Shown here: piece after piece, positions 19,905 through 31,614 of the stretch
Position numbering within the stretch: position 1 is the first letter of the stretch
Layout: the number at the start of each line of letters is the position of its first letter
Assembly (NCBI GenBank): GCA_963801605.1
Contig: CAWDFP010000006.1
Span: 352,001-416,000 of the forward strand
DNA length: 64,000 nt
Source of the DNA: an uncultured candidate division Zixibacteria bacterium
Lineage (GTDB): Bacteria > Zixibacteria > MSB-5A5 > UBA10806
Direction: 5' to 3'
Translations under genes and position numbers: made by a program
Notes under the pieces: generated by a model
What the model was told of the DNA's origin: nothing
Database searches by the model: none
Seen by the model: only the letters and a program-made list of their open reading frames with translations

Positions 19905-21524
19905 ATGGGAATATTCAAGGTACCGGTTCCGAAAAATGAGCCAATATTAAATTACGCGCCGGGTTCGCCCGAAAGAGCCAAACTGGCAGAGGCGCTGAAT
20001 AAGTTAAAATCGCAACGGGTCGATATCCCGATGATTATCGGCGGAAAGGAAATCCGGACCGCTGATAAGGTTAAAATAACCGCGCCACATGACCACAGCC
20101 TGGTTTTGGGTAACTATTATAAGGGCGGCAAGGCCGAAGTTGAAGCCGCGGTCAAAGCCGCTCTCTCTGCCAAACACGCCTGGGAATGCATGACCTGGGA
20201 ATCCCGGGCATCGGTATTTCTCAAGGCTGCCGATCTTCTTTCCGGTAAGTATCGGGCTGAGATGAATGCGGCGACTATGTTAGCTCATGATAAAAATATA
20301 TTTCAGGCCGAGATTGATTCCGTTTGCGAACTGGCTGACTTTTTCCGATACAATGTTCATTTCTCGGAGCAGATATATCATTTTCAACCGGAAAATTCGC
20401 CAATGGTTTGGAATCGGATGGATTACCGCGCTCTGGAGGGTTTTGTTTTTGCGGTAACCCCGTTTAACTTTGTCTCGATTGCCGGGAATCTTCCGGCGGC
20501 TCCGGCCATAATGGGAAATACCGTTATCTGGAAACCAGCCTCAAGCGTAGTTTATACAGCCAATGTTATAATGAAAATCTTCCGCGAGGCAGGGCTGCCC
20601 GATGGCGTAATAAATATGATCACCGCGCGCGGGGCCGATGTTGGCGAAGTTATATTAAAAAATCGCGATCTGGCCGGGATTCATTTCACCGGTTCAACCG
20701 CAGTATTCCATCAGATGTGGAAAACAGTTGGTGATAATATTGCCAATTATAAGAACTATCCGCGCCTCGTGGGGGAAACCGGCGGTAAGGATTTCGTATT
20801 CGCGCATAAATCCGCCGATCCAGCCGAGGTGGTAACGGCCATTACTCGCGGGGCATTCGAATATCAGGGGCAGAAATGCTCGGCAGCTTCGCGCTCATAT
20901 CTTCCAAAATCGCTATGGCCGGCTATCTCCGAGGGGCTTCGTCGGGACGCGGCCTCAATTAAGATGGGCCCTCCCGATGATTTCACCAATTTCGTCAATG
21001 CTGTAATCGATGAGGAAGCATTCAAGTCGATCACCGCTTTTATCGATTATGCCAAAAAATCCAAGGACGCGCAGATTCTTTTCGGCGGAAATTATGATGG
21101 CTCTAAGGGATGGTTCATCGAGCCGACATTGGTCGTGACTACCGATCCGCATTTTAAGCTTATCGAAGAAGAGATCTTTGGCCCGGTGATGACTGTTTAT
21201 GTCTATGATGATGAAAAGTTTGAGGAGACGCTGCATCTCTGCGATCAATCCTCACCATACGCCTTGACCGGCGCCATCTTTGCGCGCGATAAGAATGCGA
21301 TCATTTTGGCGAACAATATTCTTCGTCATGCGGCCGGTAACTTCTATATCAATGATAAGCCGACTGGAGCGGTGGTAGGCCAGCAACCGTTTGGCGGCGC
21401 CAGAGCATCAGGCACCAACGATAAGGCCGGCAGCCTGCTCAACATGATTCGTTGGACATCACCGCGAACCATTAAGGAGAATTTCTCTCCGCCGACAGAT
21501 TACCGTTATCCGTTTTTGGGGTAA
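19905..21524 (+). CDS. pruA: 1-pyrroline-5-carboxylate (glutamate-semialdehyde) dehydrogenase
   Basis: NEPILNYAPGS, PFNF, FTGST, GETGGKDF, EYQGQKCSA, INDKPTGAVVGQQPFGG. Confidence 0.93.
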   Translation: MGIFKVPVPKNEPILNYAPGSPERAKLAEALNKLKSQRVDIPMIIGGKEIRTADKVKITAPHDHSLVLGNYYKGGKAEVEAAVKAALSAKHAWECMTWESRASVFLKAADLLSGKYRAEMNAATMLAHDKNIFQAEIDSVCELADFFRYNVHFSEQIYHFQPENSPMVWNRMDYRALEGFVFAVTPFNFVSIAGNLPAAPAIMGNTVIWKPASSVVYTANVIMKIFREAGLPDGVINMITARGADVGEVILKNRDLAGIHFTGSTAVFHQMWKTVGDNIANYKNYPRLVGETGGKDFVFAHKSADPAEVVTAITRGAFEYQGQKCSAASRSYLPKSLWPAISEGLRRDAASIKMGPPDDFTNFVNAVIDEEAFKSITAFIDYAKKSKDAQILFGGNYDGSKGWFIEPTLVVTTDPHFKLIEEEIFGPVMTVYVYDDEKFEETLHLCDQSSPYALTGAIFARDKNAIILANNILRHAAGNFYINDKPTGAVVGQQPFGGARASGTNDKAGSLLNMIRWTSPRTIKENFSPPTDYRYPFLG

Positions 21525-21561
21525 TTGAGTTATAGGCATGCCGCCAGTGCCAATAGAAATT

Positions 21562-21590
21562 AACCGGGGTCCCTGATGGACTCCGGTTTT
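21562..21590 (+). terminator. Intrinsic terminator
   Basis: AACCGGGGTCC/GGACTCCGGTT stem running into T's. Confidence 0.7.
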
Positions 21591-21617
21591 ATTATGGTGA
21601 TCCGATTATAAATATTT

Positions 21618-22037
21618 TTATCTAAAATATATTATACGCCAGGTTTTATCCGGCTGATGGCGAAGCTGCATTTTGGTATACAATTGTTGTCCGGCCTGCT
21701 GATCGACAAATGAAACTTCAACCTCCGCAAGACTGTCCTGCAGGACCTCTTTGTTGACGACAATCAGATCATGCATAAAACGGCCTCGCACCAGACCATC
21801 ACCCAAAAGCGACTGAATGGTCTTAACGCGGTAATCGCTCAGCACTTTCGCAGAATCCTCGGACGACATTGCCGACATCTGCGATTTAATGTAGGCATCG
21901 AGATCGAGAAGCTTGGCAACCCGCAGCGAATCCGAACTTTTGACAGCGTCGATAAACTCAAATACGGTGTCCTTGGGCGACGGCCCGCGTGAACAGGCGG
22001 CAAGAATCAAGCATGTTATGATAATGAATTTTTTCAT
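21618..22037 (-). CDS. Lipoprotein, NTF2/DUF4878-like
   Basis: Lipobox LAAC; SPKDTV.EF start and WRI terminal strand. Confidence 0.6.
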   Translation of the reverse strand: MKKFIIITCLILAACSRGPSPKDTVFEFIDAVKSSDSLRVAKLLDLDAYIKSQMSAMSSEDSAKVLSDYRVKTIQSLLGDGLVRGRFMHDLIVVNKEVLQDSLAEVEVSFVDQQAGQQLYTKMQLRHQPDKTWRIIYFR

Positions 22038-22164
22038 ATAGAAATGATAGCATCTATATTACAAATCATGCAAGTTCAAAATTAATCCCTATTTATTATA
22101 AGTATAAGAGGTGGTTATTAATTGCGGCTTGACAAGAAATCGGATTGGGGATAGTATAATCGTC

Positions 22165-23508
22165 ATGAAAATAACAGAACAAATCTTTAAGGCGTACGAT
22201 ATTCGGGGCATCTATCCCCTTGAATTAAACGAAGATACGGCCTATGCCATCGGGTTGGGAACAGCCAATGTTTTAAGCGCGAAAAATGCGGTCGTGGGCC
22301 GGGATATGCGGCTATCATCGCCCATGTTGTCGGAGGCTGTCATTAACGGCTTGCGAGACGGCGGCGCGGATGTTACGGATATCGGCCTCATTTCCACCGA
22401 TGGCCTTTATTTCGCAGTTGGTAAATACGATTTCGAATGCGGGATAATGATTACCGCCTCGCACAACCCGCCCAAGTACAACGGCATGAAAGTCTGCGAG
22501 AAAGATGCCATACCGCTCTCAGGTGATGGCAAACTTGCGGTTGTTAAGAAACTTATTGTGGAAGATAGGCTTGTCAAGGCGCCCAAACGCGGTGCGTTCA
22601 TCAAGAAGGATGTACTTCAAGATTATGTAAAGCACTCCTTGAGCTTTGTCGACATTTCCCAAATTAAGCCGTTCAAGATTGTAGTCGATGCCGGAAACGG
22701 GATGGCGGGCATGATTATCCCGGAGGTTTTCAAGCATCTCAATTGCCAATTGATTCCGCTATATTTTGAACTCGATGGTTCGTTCCCAAATCATCCGGCC
22801 AGCCCGATTGAGCCGGAGAACGTAGCCGATCTCAAGGCTAAGATAAAAGAAACGGGCGCTGATCTCGGTGCCGCTTTCGACGGCGATGCCGACCGTGTCT
22901 TTTTAATAGATGAGAAATGCCAGACGCTCGGCGGCGATATGGTGACAGGCCTGGTGGCCAAAGCGCTGCTCAAGAAGAATCCGGGATCGACTATTCTCTA
23001 TAATCTTATATGTTCGAAGGCGGTGCCGGAACTTATAGAATCGTTGGGCGGTAAAGCCATTCGAACGCGAGTGGGTCATGCCTTAATCAAACCGTTGATG
23101 CGAGAACATAACGCCATATTTGGCGGCGAGCATTCCGGGCATTTCTATTTCCGCGACAACTGGTTTGCCGATTCGGGTTTGATTGCATTCCTGGTTTGCC
23201 TGGAGCTAATATCCGAGGCAAATAGGCCGCTCTCGGCGCAGGTGGCATCATTCGATCATTATGTCCGGTCAGGCGAAATTAATAGCGAGGTTAAGGATAT
23301 TCCTGGCAAGCTTAATGAGATTGAAACCATATTTAAGGATGGCAAGATCGATAAGGAAGATGGCCTGACGATTGATTTTGGCAGTTGGTGGTTTAATGTC
23401 AGGCCGTCGAATACCGAGCCGCTGCTTCGCTTGAATGTCGAGGCCAATAATCGCGGGCTTTTGGAAACGATGACTAATAAAGTACTGAATGTGATAAGAG
23501 CCAAATGA
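22165..23508 (+). CDS. Phosphomannomutase/phosphoglucomutase
   Basis: FKAYDIRG, TASHNP, FDGDADR, GEHSGH, RPSNTEP. Confidence 0.93.
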   Translation: MKITEQIFKAYDIRGIYPLELNEDTAYAIGLGTANVLSAKNAVVGRDMRLSSPMLSEAVINGLRDGGADVTDIGLISTDGLYFAVGKYDFECGIMITASHNPPKYNGMKVCEKDAIPLSGDGKLAVVKKLIVEDRLVKAPKRGAFIKKDVLQDYVKHSLSFVDISQIKPFKIVVDAGNGMAGMIIPEVFKHLNCQLIPLYFELDGSFPNHPASPIEPENVADLKAKIKETGADLGAAFDGDADRVFLIDEKCQTLGGDMVTGLVAKALLKKNPGSTILYNLICSKAVPELIESLGGKAIRTRVGHALIKPLMREHNAIFGGEHSGHFYFRDNWFADSGLIAFLVCLELISEANRPLSAQVASFDHYVRSGEINSEVKDIPGKLNEIETIFKDGKIDKEDGLTIDFGSWWFNVRPSNTEPLLRLNVEANNRGLLETMTNKVLNVIRAK

Positions 23509-24302
23509 TCAACAGCGAATCTGATTTTTCAATCTCGATACTGGTTATCGACAGTGATGAATTAAGCCGTCGACTCCTGGGGGATACTTTGTCCGCCCTG
23601 GGGTTCAATATTTATCAAGCCGGCAATCCGGACGATGCCAGGAAGACGTTGGCCGAACGAAAGATCGATTTGGTTATGACCGATATTATTTTCCCGGAGG
23701 GAAACGGGGTCGAGTTCATGATAGGACTAAAAGCAGAGCGACCTCAGATACCAGTTATAGTATTATCATCGCAACTTGACAGCGCCACCAGGGACTCGAT
23801 TATGGAGGCTGGCGCGGATGGCGTACTCACCAAGCCGTTCAGAATTAATTTGGTGGAGGAGTTGATCACATCCACTTTGATGAAATATGACCGGGCGTCG
23901 CTTGGAACTCCGGTTTCGAAACGCCAGATACTGGTTGTGGATGATGACGAGAGCATGCTGTCATTTTTAGTGGAGGCGATAAAGATTCTGGGATTCGATA
24001 TCGTTGCCTGCAGGAGCGCGGCCAGCGCCAGAGAGATATTTCAAACCAATCATTTCGATCTGGCAATCTCCGATTATATGCTGCCTGATACAAATGGCAT
24101 TATTCTCCTTAAAGAGCTAAAAGGTTTAAATCCCAATATCCCGATTGTGATCGTAACGGGGTATCCATTGGCTTACACCCCGGCGATGGCCAGAGCCGAC
24201 GGAGTTGACGGCTATATCGGGAAACCGTTCCGCATCAATCAGCTCGAACAGGTGATCGCGAGCCTGCTTTATCCGGAAAAAGCGCCCAGGCATCATCAAT
24301 AG
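23505..24302 (+). CDS. Response regulator made of two tandem receiver domains
   Basis: Two ILV(I/V)D...D..(F/L)P..NG...KPF repeats and no output domain; ATGA overlap with the upstream gene. Confidence 0.85.
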   Translation: MINSESDFSISILVIDSDELSRRLLGDTLSALGFNIYQAGNPDDARKTLAERKIDLVMTDIIFPEGNGVEFMIGLKAERPQIPVIVLSSQLDSATRDSIMEAGADGVLTKPFRINLVEELITSTLMKYDRASLGTPVSKRQILVVDDDESMLSFLVEAIKILGFDIVACRSAASAREIFQTNHFDLAISDYMLPDTNGIILLKELKGLNPNIPIVIVTGYPLAYTPAMARADGVDGYIGKPFRINQLEQVIASLLYPEKAPRHHQ

Positions 24303-24378
24303 CCACTTGACAAAGCAGTCCAAATTATCATAAAGGGGAGGGTACGCAATAAACCCATTCATTCTTCTAGGAGACCTG

Positions 24379-24441
24379 ATGGCCTGCAAGCCAAAAGCGC
24401 CCGCTAAGAAAGCCGCCCCAAAAAAGAAAGTGAAAAAGTAG
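24379..24441 (+). CDS. 20-aa Lys/Ala/Pro-rich peptide MACKPKAPAKKAAPKKKVKK
   Basis: AGGAG RBS 5 nt upstream, TTGACA at 24307, downstream hairpin ~24496-24521, H1-like PAKK composition. Confidence 0.6.
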   Translation: MACKPKAPAKKAAPKKKVKK

Positions 24442-24558
24442 CTTTCAGGATTTCCGCGGGATTATATAATCCACTCGGTAAGGCATATTAATAGAAAGGC
24501 CGGTTCCAGGGAATCGGCCTTAGGTATTTTTAGAAAAAACATTATAGACCAATAAAAA

Positions 24559-24690
24559 ATGCCGCCAAGACGGAAGACCTGACGGCGTTAATAAAAATGC
24601 GGCCAGGATCGAAATCCTGACCGCAAATAGCAAACAATACTGCCTGCCAAGCAAACCTTGGTGGCGTCAGGTTCGGGGACCTGACGCCAC
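24559..24690. repeat. Cluster of three REP-like palindromes (TCAGG...CCTGA core)
   Basis: GCCGCCAAGAC/GACCTGACGGC, GCGGCCAGGAT/ATCCTGACCGC and GTGGCGTCAGGT/ACCTGACGCCAC; the first two are each preceded by AATAAAAA(A)TGC. Confidence 0.6.
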
Positions 24691-24700
24691 GAGGAAATTA

Positions 24701-26347
<1,647 letters not shown>

Positions 26348-26425
26348 TCAATCTTATGTTATGAATTAATTATCTTCCATTTAGCTCGTTTTTAAGTTTC
26401 GAGTCTCGCGACTCGCAACAATTAA

Positions 26426-26713
26426 TTACTTCTTTATAATGGCGAGAATGTCAGACTCGCGCATGATCAGATATTCGATACCGTCGATAGTGACTTCGGT
26501 GCCGGAATATTTGCCGTAAAGAACGCGGTCGCCCTTTTTGACTTCCATGGCAATCAGCTTACCGTCTTCGGTCTTGCCCGGACCAGCCTCGAGCACTTCG
26601 CCCTGCATGGGACGTTCTTTGGCTGTATCGGGAATAATGATGGAGCCCTTTTTAACTTCCAACTCCTCAAGCGGTTTCACGATTACTCTGTCTGCTAATG
26701 GCTTGATGTTCAT
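26426..26713 (-). CDS. groS: Co-chaperonin GroES
   Basis: [35 protein letters not shown]. Confidence 0.98.
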   Translation of the reverse strand: MNIKPLADRVIVKPLEELEVKKGSIIIPDTAKERPMQGEVLEAGPGKTEDGKLIAMEVKKGDRVLYGKYSGTEVTIDGIEYLIMRESDILAIIKK

Positions 26714-26863
26714 ACTCTATTCCTCCTTGGGATGTACTGAACTTTATTTGTTTACGTTAACTTAAATATCGTTAATTGAGAATAGCCTTTATCTTTGTCC
26801 CCCGATATTTCCTAAGCCTACCCAATTGCTACTTATTATCTTTCAATAAGTTACAATTTGATA

Positions 26864-26890
26864 TTAGCAGTCTATACAGACGAGTGCTAA
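26864..26890. promoter_or_regulatory. CIRCE element (HrcA operator)
   Basis: TTAGCAGTC-N9-GAGTGCTAA, one mismatch to the consensus, lying between the promoter and groES. Confidence 0.93.
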
Positions 26891-26905
26891 TAGGTAACGT
26901 GGCGG

Positions 26906-26934
26906 AAAATATACATAGGCGCTATGGCTGTCAA
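26906..26934 (-). promoter_or_regulatory. sigma70 promoter of groESL
   Basis: TTGACA-17nt-TATTTT just upstream of CIRCE. Confidence 0.7.
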
Positions 26935-27109
26935 GGGGATTTTGATGTCGTGAGGATGATTTTTTCAAGCGTTGAGAGTAACTGGGAATTTTCAAAAAAA
27001 GCTTTGATGGGCAATTAATATTATTATATTGAGATAGCTGTCTCTTGTCTACTTTAATGAGGCGTCCGTGGGCGCAAAATTTAAGGCTAAATTTTCACCG
27101 GGAGGATCC

Positions 27110-28366
27110 ATGTATTGCCGCATTTCTATTTTTTTGTGTATATTTTTTATATTAACCGGGCTGATACTAGTTGCTGGGCCGGTGGTGGCGCAAGCCGGAG
27201 TTTTAGAGCATGTCACCAGCGTCTATATGAATGAGGGTGAAGGGGCTATGGGAGTTACGATAGAAGGCAATATTGCTTTTATCGCTTGTGATTACGCCGG
27301 AATCAAGCTCTACGATATTACTGACCCATCGAACCCCGTTTATCTCGGGGGATGCGGCACACCCAGTTTCGCCAGAAATATTTTCGTGCGCGGCAACTAC
27401 GCCTATGTGGCCGATGGCGATGCCGGACTGCAAGTTGTTGATATCTCTAACACAGCGGCGCCAACCATCATCGGAAGCTATACGGTTAGCGGGACAGCAG
27501 TATCGGTTACCGTTTCTGGCGATTATGCCTATTTGGCCGATGGTTATTCCGGGCTCTTGATAATCAATATTGCCAATCCCGCCAGCCCCTCGCTTGTTGG
27601 CACCTATTTTGGAGCAGTCTATCCGATGGGAGTGACGTTGGTTGGCAATTACGCCTATGTGGCAGCCAATATGTTCGAGCCCGATCAGGGGCAACTTCAA
27701 GCGGTCGATATAACTGATCCCGCCAATCCGACTTTTGTCGGTGGAGCTAACTATGGCGGCGGGGCCTACAGTGTGTCTATTTCCGGCAATTATGCTTACA
27801 TGGGAGCATACGCTTACGGCCTGGGGATTTTTGACATTTCCAATCCGGGGAATCCCGCGCTAATTGGCTCTTACGATATCCCGACCACGGGGACCGCCAA
27901 GCGGACGTTTGCCGTAGACACGCTGGCCTTTGTGGCGGAGGGGTTGGCCGGATTCGGAATGCTCAATGTCAGCAACCCGACATCGCCGGTGATGATCGAC
28001 AGCGTTGACACTTTTGGCAATACCAGCGATGTGGTTAAATCGGGCGAATATGTTTATGTGGCCGACGAATCAACTCTTGAAATCTACAGAATAGGCGGAG
28101 CAACGCCTACGGGCTGAATATATTGTGGGCGATGTCAGCGGCCCCACACCTTCAACGGCCTCGATGTAACTTATTCGGTTTCTTTTTTCAAGGGCGGTCC
28201 GCCGCCGCCATATTCCTGCGAATGCACGCCAGGTCATACCTGGTACGTTTCGGGCGACGTTAACGGCTCTTGTTCTTTCAACGGGTTGGATGTAACCACG
28301 ATGGTATCGCACTTTAAGTTCGGTGCCGCGGTCTTTCCCTGCCCGGATTGCCTGCCAGCGAGGTAG
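27110..28366 (+). CDS. Secreted LVIVD-repeat protein with C-terminal dockerin-like domain (indels ~28115 and ~28143)
   Basis: GGAGG RBS, signal peptide, GNYAYVADG.GLQVVDIS repeats. Downstream frames read EYIVGDV..FNGLDVTYSVSFFKGGPPPPYSCEC..GDVNGSCSFNGLD..CPDCLPAR*. Confidence 0.8.
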
Positions 28367-28403
28367 TTGGAGCTTAATTAGAATATTGGAAATAAGCATC
28401 TAT

Positions 28404-28433
28404 AAACGGCCAGCAAGACTGGCCGTTTTTTTT
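28404..28433 (+). terminator. Intrinsic terminator
   Basis: AAACGGCCAG/CTGGCCGTTT plus a T-run. Confidence 0.8.
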
Positions 28434-28608
28434 ATTTAGCATGCAATTTTGACCGAAAAATTCGGAGAGAGGGGGGAAAGATCGTTTTGAAAGAGATGGA
28501 CAAATATTAAAAAGCAGTAGACCGAAACAAAATCCAGCCCTATATTCTTGGGCGTTACGTTCGGAATCGAGCGAGCATCTGTAAAAACGCGCAAAAAGGA
28601 TAATTCTC

Positions 28609-29211
28609 ATGCGAAAAATTGTAGTTCTACTGCTTGGCTTAATCGTTTTAACGGGCTGCTCATCGAAAATTCGCCGTATAAACGAGCAGGTTCCAACCAC
28701 CGACCAGGTTGTATTGTTCAGCTATTCCTATATCAATCATGCCTGGGGATATCAGAATCGCGGCTGGTTTATTAACAATCACGGGTTAATCAAAGCGTAT
28801 CGGGTGACAAATCAAAATCATTGGCATGAGGCGGAAAAAAGCGGTCCAGACAGCGGCTACATTTCGCAGCGCGATCTTTTAGCAGATTACGCCCTGGCCG
28901 ACAGAGGTATATTCGAGTATTCGCATTTTATTATTAACGGGAAAATTGGGCTTATCCCCAAAGCGGCCGAAGGCGAGAACTCTCCGCTCGAGCATTCCGC
29001 TTACGATGCCGGCCTGGGAAAATATTCCGCTTATTACTTCGATAAGGCAAAAGGTAAATATAAGGAAGTAGTTTTGAGTATTTCGGGCGACTGGACCCAA
29101 ACCAATCTCAGCCCGGCGGCTGATACGCTAAACGAGTGGCTTCAAAGCTTCCAGCTGATATATGAGGATAGCTTAAGAGCGTGGGATGAAGCACAGGGCG
29201 GCGGGAAATAG
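28609..29211 (+). CDS. Hypothetical lipoprotein
   Basis: Lipobox LTGC; YINHAWGYQNRGW and A.DAG motifs; function unknown. Confidence 0.65.
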   Translation: MRKIVVLLLGLIVLTGCSSKIRRINEQVPTTDQVVLFSYSYINHAWGYQNRGWFINNHGLIKAYRVTNQNHWHEAEKSGPDSGYISQRDLLADYALADRGIFEYSHFIINGKIGLIPKAAEGENSPLEHSAYDAGLGKYSAYYFDKAKGKYKEVVLSISGDWTQTNLSPAADTLNEWLQSFQLIYEDSLRAWDEAQGGGK

Positions 29212-29311
29212 GGGATGGCCGCTGGCATACAAGAACAGTATGCCAGCCACGAATAGCGAGCGGTTGGCGCACCTCCCGGTGTGCCAATAGATGTTAATAT
29301 TTTAAATCACA

Positions 29312-30526
29312 TTAAACCTTATTATTATATTCCTGCCCGCAGCGGGGGCAAACGATAGGTGCGGCGGTAAGTTCAGGCGGGAGTTTAATCGTCAGGCCGC
29401 AGGCGCAGTTGATAAAATGATAACCACCGATAGTCATCATCATATCGCCCAGGGCGCGGGCGGTAGTGCGCTTGTCGCTGGGAGCCGAGGGCGCGCTGTC
29501 GCCGGCACTCCTGATTGCCACAGATTTATCGTTTGCCAGAGCAGACCTGGGAATGAGGCGAGAGCCGCGTTCCACCGATGAAAATGCTTTCTGATACTCT
29601 GCAAAATTCGCGCCACCCGAAAGTTTTCTTAATATCTTGATCCGTTCCAGTATCGGCGGATGAGTGTTTCCCATTCCAAAAAGCGAAAAGCTATTACCGC
29701 TTGCCGGGGCCGAGATAAACATCGGCTCTGTGACTTGGTTGAATGACACCAAAGTTTCGGTGGAGTTGGCTATCTTTTCCAGCGCCGAGGCCAGGCCCTC
29801 CGGATAGCGGGTCAGACGCGCGGCGGAGGCGTCAGCGAGATACTCGCGTTTACGGCTGATGGAGAAATAAACTATCCGGGCCAATATACCGCCCACGACA
29901 CTGACTAATAACGCAATCAGCAGGAATGCTCCGCCGCCGCCTCTGCTACGCGATGATCTGTATCGTCCGCCGGAGCCGCCGGAGAATGCCATGCCTCTCC
30001 AAAACAGTTGCGAAAGAATGACGATTAACCCGACGGTCGTAGCTGTAAACATCAGAAAGAGCGAATCGCGGTTGAGAATGTGTGACATTTCATGAGCTAC
30101 AACCCCCTGAAGTTCGTCGCGGTTGAGTTTGGCCAATAACCCCGAGGTTACAACGATAGCGCTGTTTTGGGGATCCCGTCCAACGGCCATGGCATTGGGG
30201 GCCGCCTCATTCATAACATAGATTTTCGGCATAGCGGGAAGCGCCGAGGCGATCTTCATCTCCTCGACTACATCATAAAGCATGGGATTGACTTCTTTGG
30301 TCACCGGCGTGGCGTCACTGACGGCCAGGATGATATCATCGCCGGTGAAGTAAGCGATACCGGACATCATGAGCCAGAAGACAATCCCAAAGAAGATGAA
30401 GACCAGACCATCAGACTCCGGCATATAATATTTGCCGAAGGCGTAGAAGCTCATGGCAAGTATGACGCCTAACAGGATAAAAAGCCCGATAGACTTTCGC
30501 TTGTTGGACTGAATCAATTCCCACAT
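29312..30526 (-). CDS. M48/HtpX-like membrane zinc metalloprotease with C-terminal Cys cluster
   Basis: PNAMAVG, HEMSH, REYLAD, THPP; C-terminal CACG...CPRCG. Confidence 0.9.
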   Translation of the reverse strand: MWELIQSNKRKSIGLFILLGVILAMSFYAFGKYYMPESDGLVFIFFGIVFWLMMSGIAYFTGDDIILAVSDATPVTKEVNPMLYDVVEEMKIASALPAMPKIYVMNEAAPNAMAVGRDPQNSAIVVTSGLLAKLNRDELQGVVAHEMSHILNRDSLFLMFTATTVGLIVILSQLFWRGMAFSGGSGGRYRSSRSRGGGGAFLLIALLVSVVGGILARIVYFSISRKREYLADASAARLTRYPEGLASALEKIANSTETLVSFNQVTEPMFISAPASGNSFSLFGMGNTHPPILERIKILRKLSGGANFAEYQKAFSSVERGSRLIPRSALANDKSVAIRSAGDSAPSAPSDKRTTARALGDMMMTIGGYHFINCACGLTIKLPPELTAAPIVCPRCGQEYNNKV

Positions 30527-30550
30527 ATCGGATCGCCGTAATTATCGGGA

Positions 30551-31111
30551 TTACTTTGAAAAATCGACCTTTGGCACTTCGCGATCGGCCTTGTCCTCGA
30601 CCTCGAAAAAATGCTCCGCTGTGTAATTGAGCCATCCAGCAACCATATTCGAGGGAAACATCTGAATCTTATTATTGAAGAAAAGAACCTGGTCGTTGTA
30701 ACTTTGACGAGCGTAGGCGATACGATTTTCGGTCGAGGTCAACTCCTCCTGCAGCGCCAGGAAATTCTGGTTGGCTTTAAGATCGGGGTAGCCTTCGGCC
30801 ACGGCGTAGAATTTCCCCAAAGCCTGCCCGAGCAAACCCTCCGCCTTGGCTTTGTCGGGGATGCTTTCGGCGCTCATGGCTTTGCTTCTGGCCAGAGTGA
30901 TATTTTCCAGAGTTTGACGTTCATGCACCATATATCCCTTGACCGTTTCAATCAGGTTAGGGATAAGGTCATGGCGTCTTTTAAGTTGCACATCGATCTG
31001 CGCCCAGGCGTTCTTGATCTGATTTTTCAACTGCACCAGGGCGTTATAGGTCGCGATAAAATATCCCACGACCATGACTATTAACGCTAACAGCACAAAT
31101 AGTGCGATCAT
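30551..31111 (-). CDS. lemA: LemA-family protein
   Basis: NAWAQIDVQLKRRHDLIPNL, YPDLKANQNF, TENRIAYARQ.YN. Confidence 0.93.
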   Translation of the reverse strand: MIALFVLLALIVMVVGYFIATYNALVQLKNQIKNAWAQIDVQLKRRHDLIPNLIETVKGYMVHERQTLENITLARSKAMSAESIPDKAKAEGLLGQALGKFYAVAEGYPDLKANQNFLALQEELTSTENRIAYARQSYNDQVLFFNNKIQMFPSNMVAGWLNYTAEHFFEVEDKADREVPKVDFSK

Positions 31112-31515
31112 TTGGCATCTCCTGTATTCAAAGTTTTACTCTTTTTCATAAATATACCCCGAAGGTGTTCAAATATTCGATTGTTGGAATCGATTTTTTC
31201 GTTTTTGAGAATCCTCTCCAGCTCGCCGCCATCGAACCATAAACCATGTCCATTTTTACAGCTATCCAGAAGAACGGGCCTGTCTTTACCGCTGCGAATT
31301 TTATCCATCTTTTTATGGCATCGGGGACACTTCAGCGGGCGCTCACGGGCATCCGTATCAGGATGATATTCTATATTAGTCTGGCGGGACGATTCCAATA
31401 GCAGTTCAAGTTCGCCGGAATCGAGCCAGACTCCCTGGCAGGAAGCGCAATAATCGATCTCAACTCGGTCGAGTTCAAGGATGATCAATGGTTTTTTGCA
31501 TCGAGGACATTCCAT
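31108..31515 (-). CDS. Tandem zf-TFIIB-like zinc-finger protein
   Basis: CPRC..IDYCASCQGVWLDSGELE and CPRC..LDSCKNGHGLWFDGGELE. Confidence 0.85.
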   Translation of the reverse strand: MECPRCKKPLIILELDRVEIDYCASCQGVWLDSGELELLLESSRQTNIEYHPDTDARERPLKCPRCHKKMDKIRSGKDRPVLLDSCKNGHGLWFDGGELERILKNEKIDSNNRIFEHLRGIFMKKSKTLNTGDAK

Positions 31516-31614
31516 AGGAATATTATCGGATGAATTATGGATGATTTCAAGCGGAATGATAAGGGGAATTCGGATTGCTTCAAACTGTTAAGAGCAACCG
31601 AATCTACAAGCGGT

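Noticed and set aside
24559..24690. CRISPR array or integron attC sites
   Set aside because: Units are non-identical palindromes without regular spacers; no RYYYAAC/GTTRRRY ends and no cas or intI genes
28115..28117. TGA where a Cys is expected before the dockerin domain (selenocysteine or readthrough?)
   Set aside because: The downstream domain is in a different frame, so an indel explains it better; no SECIS-like hairpin recognised
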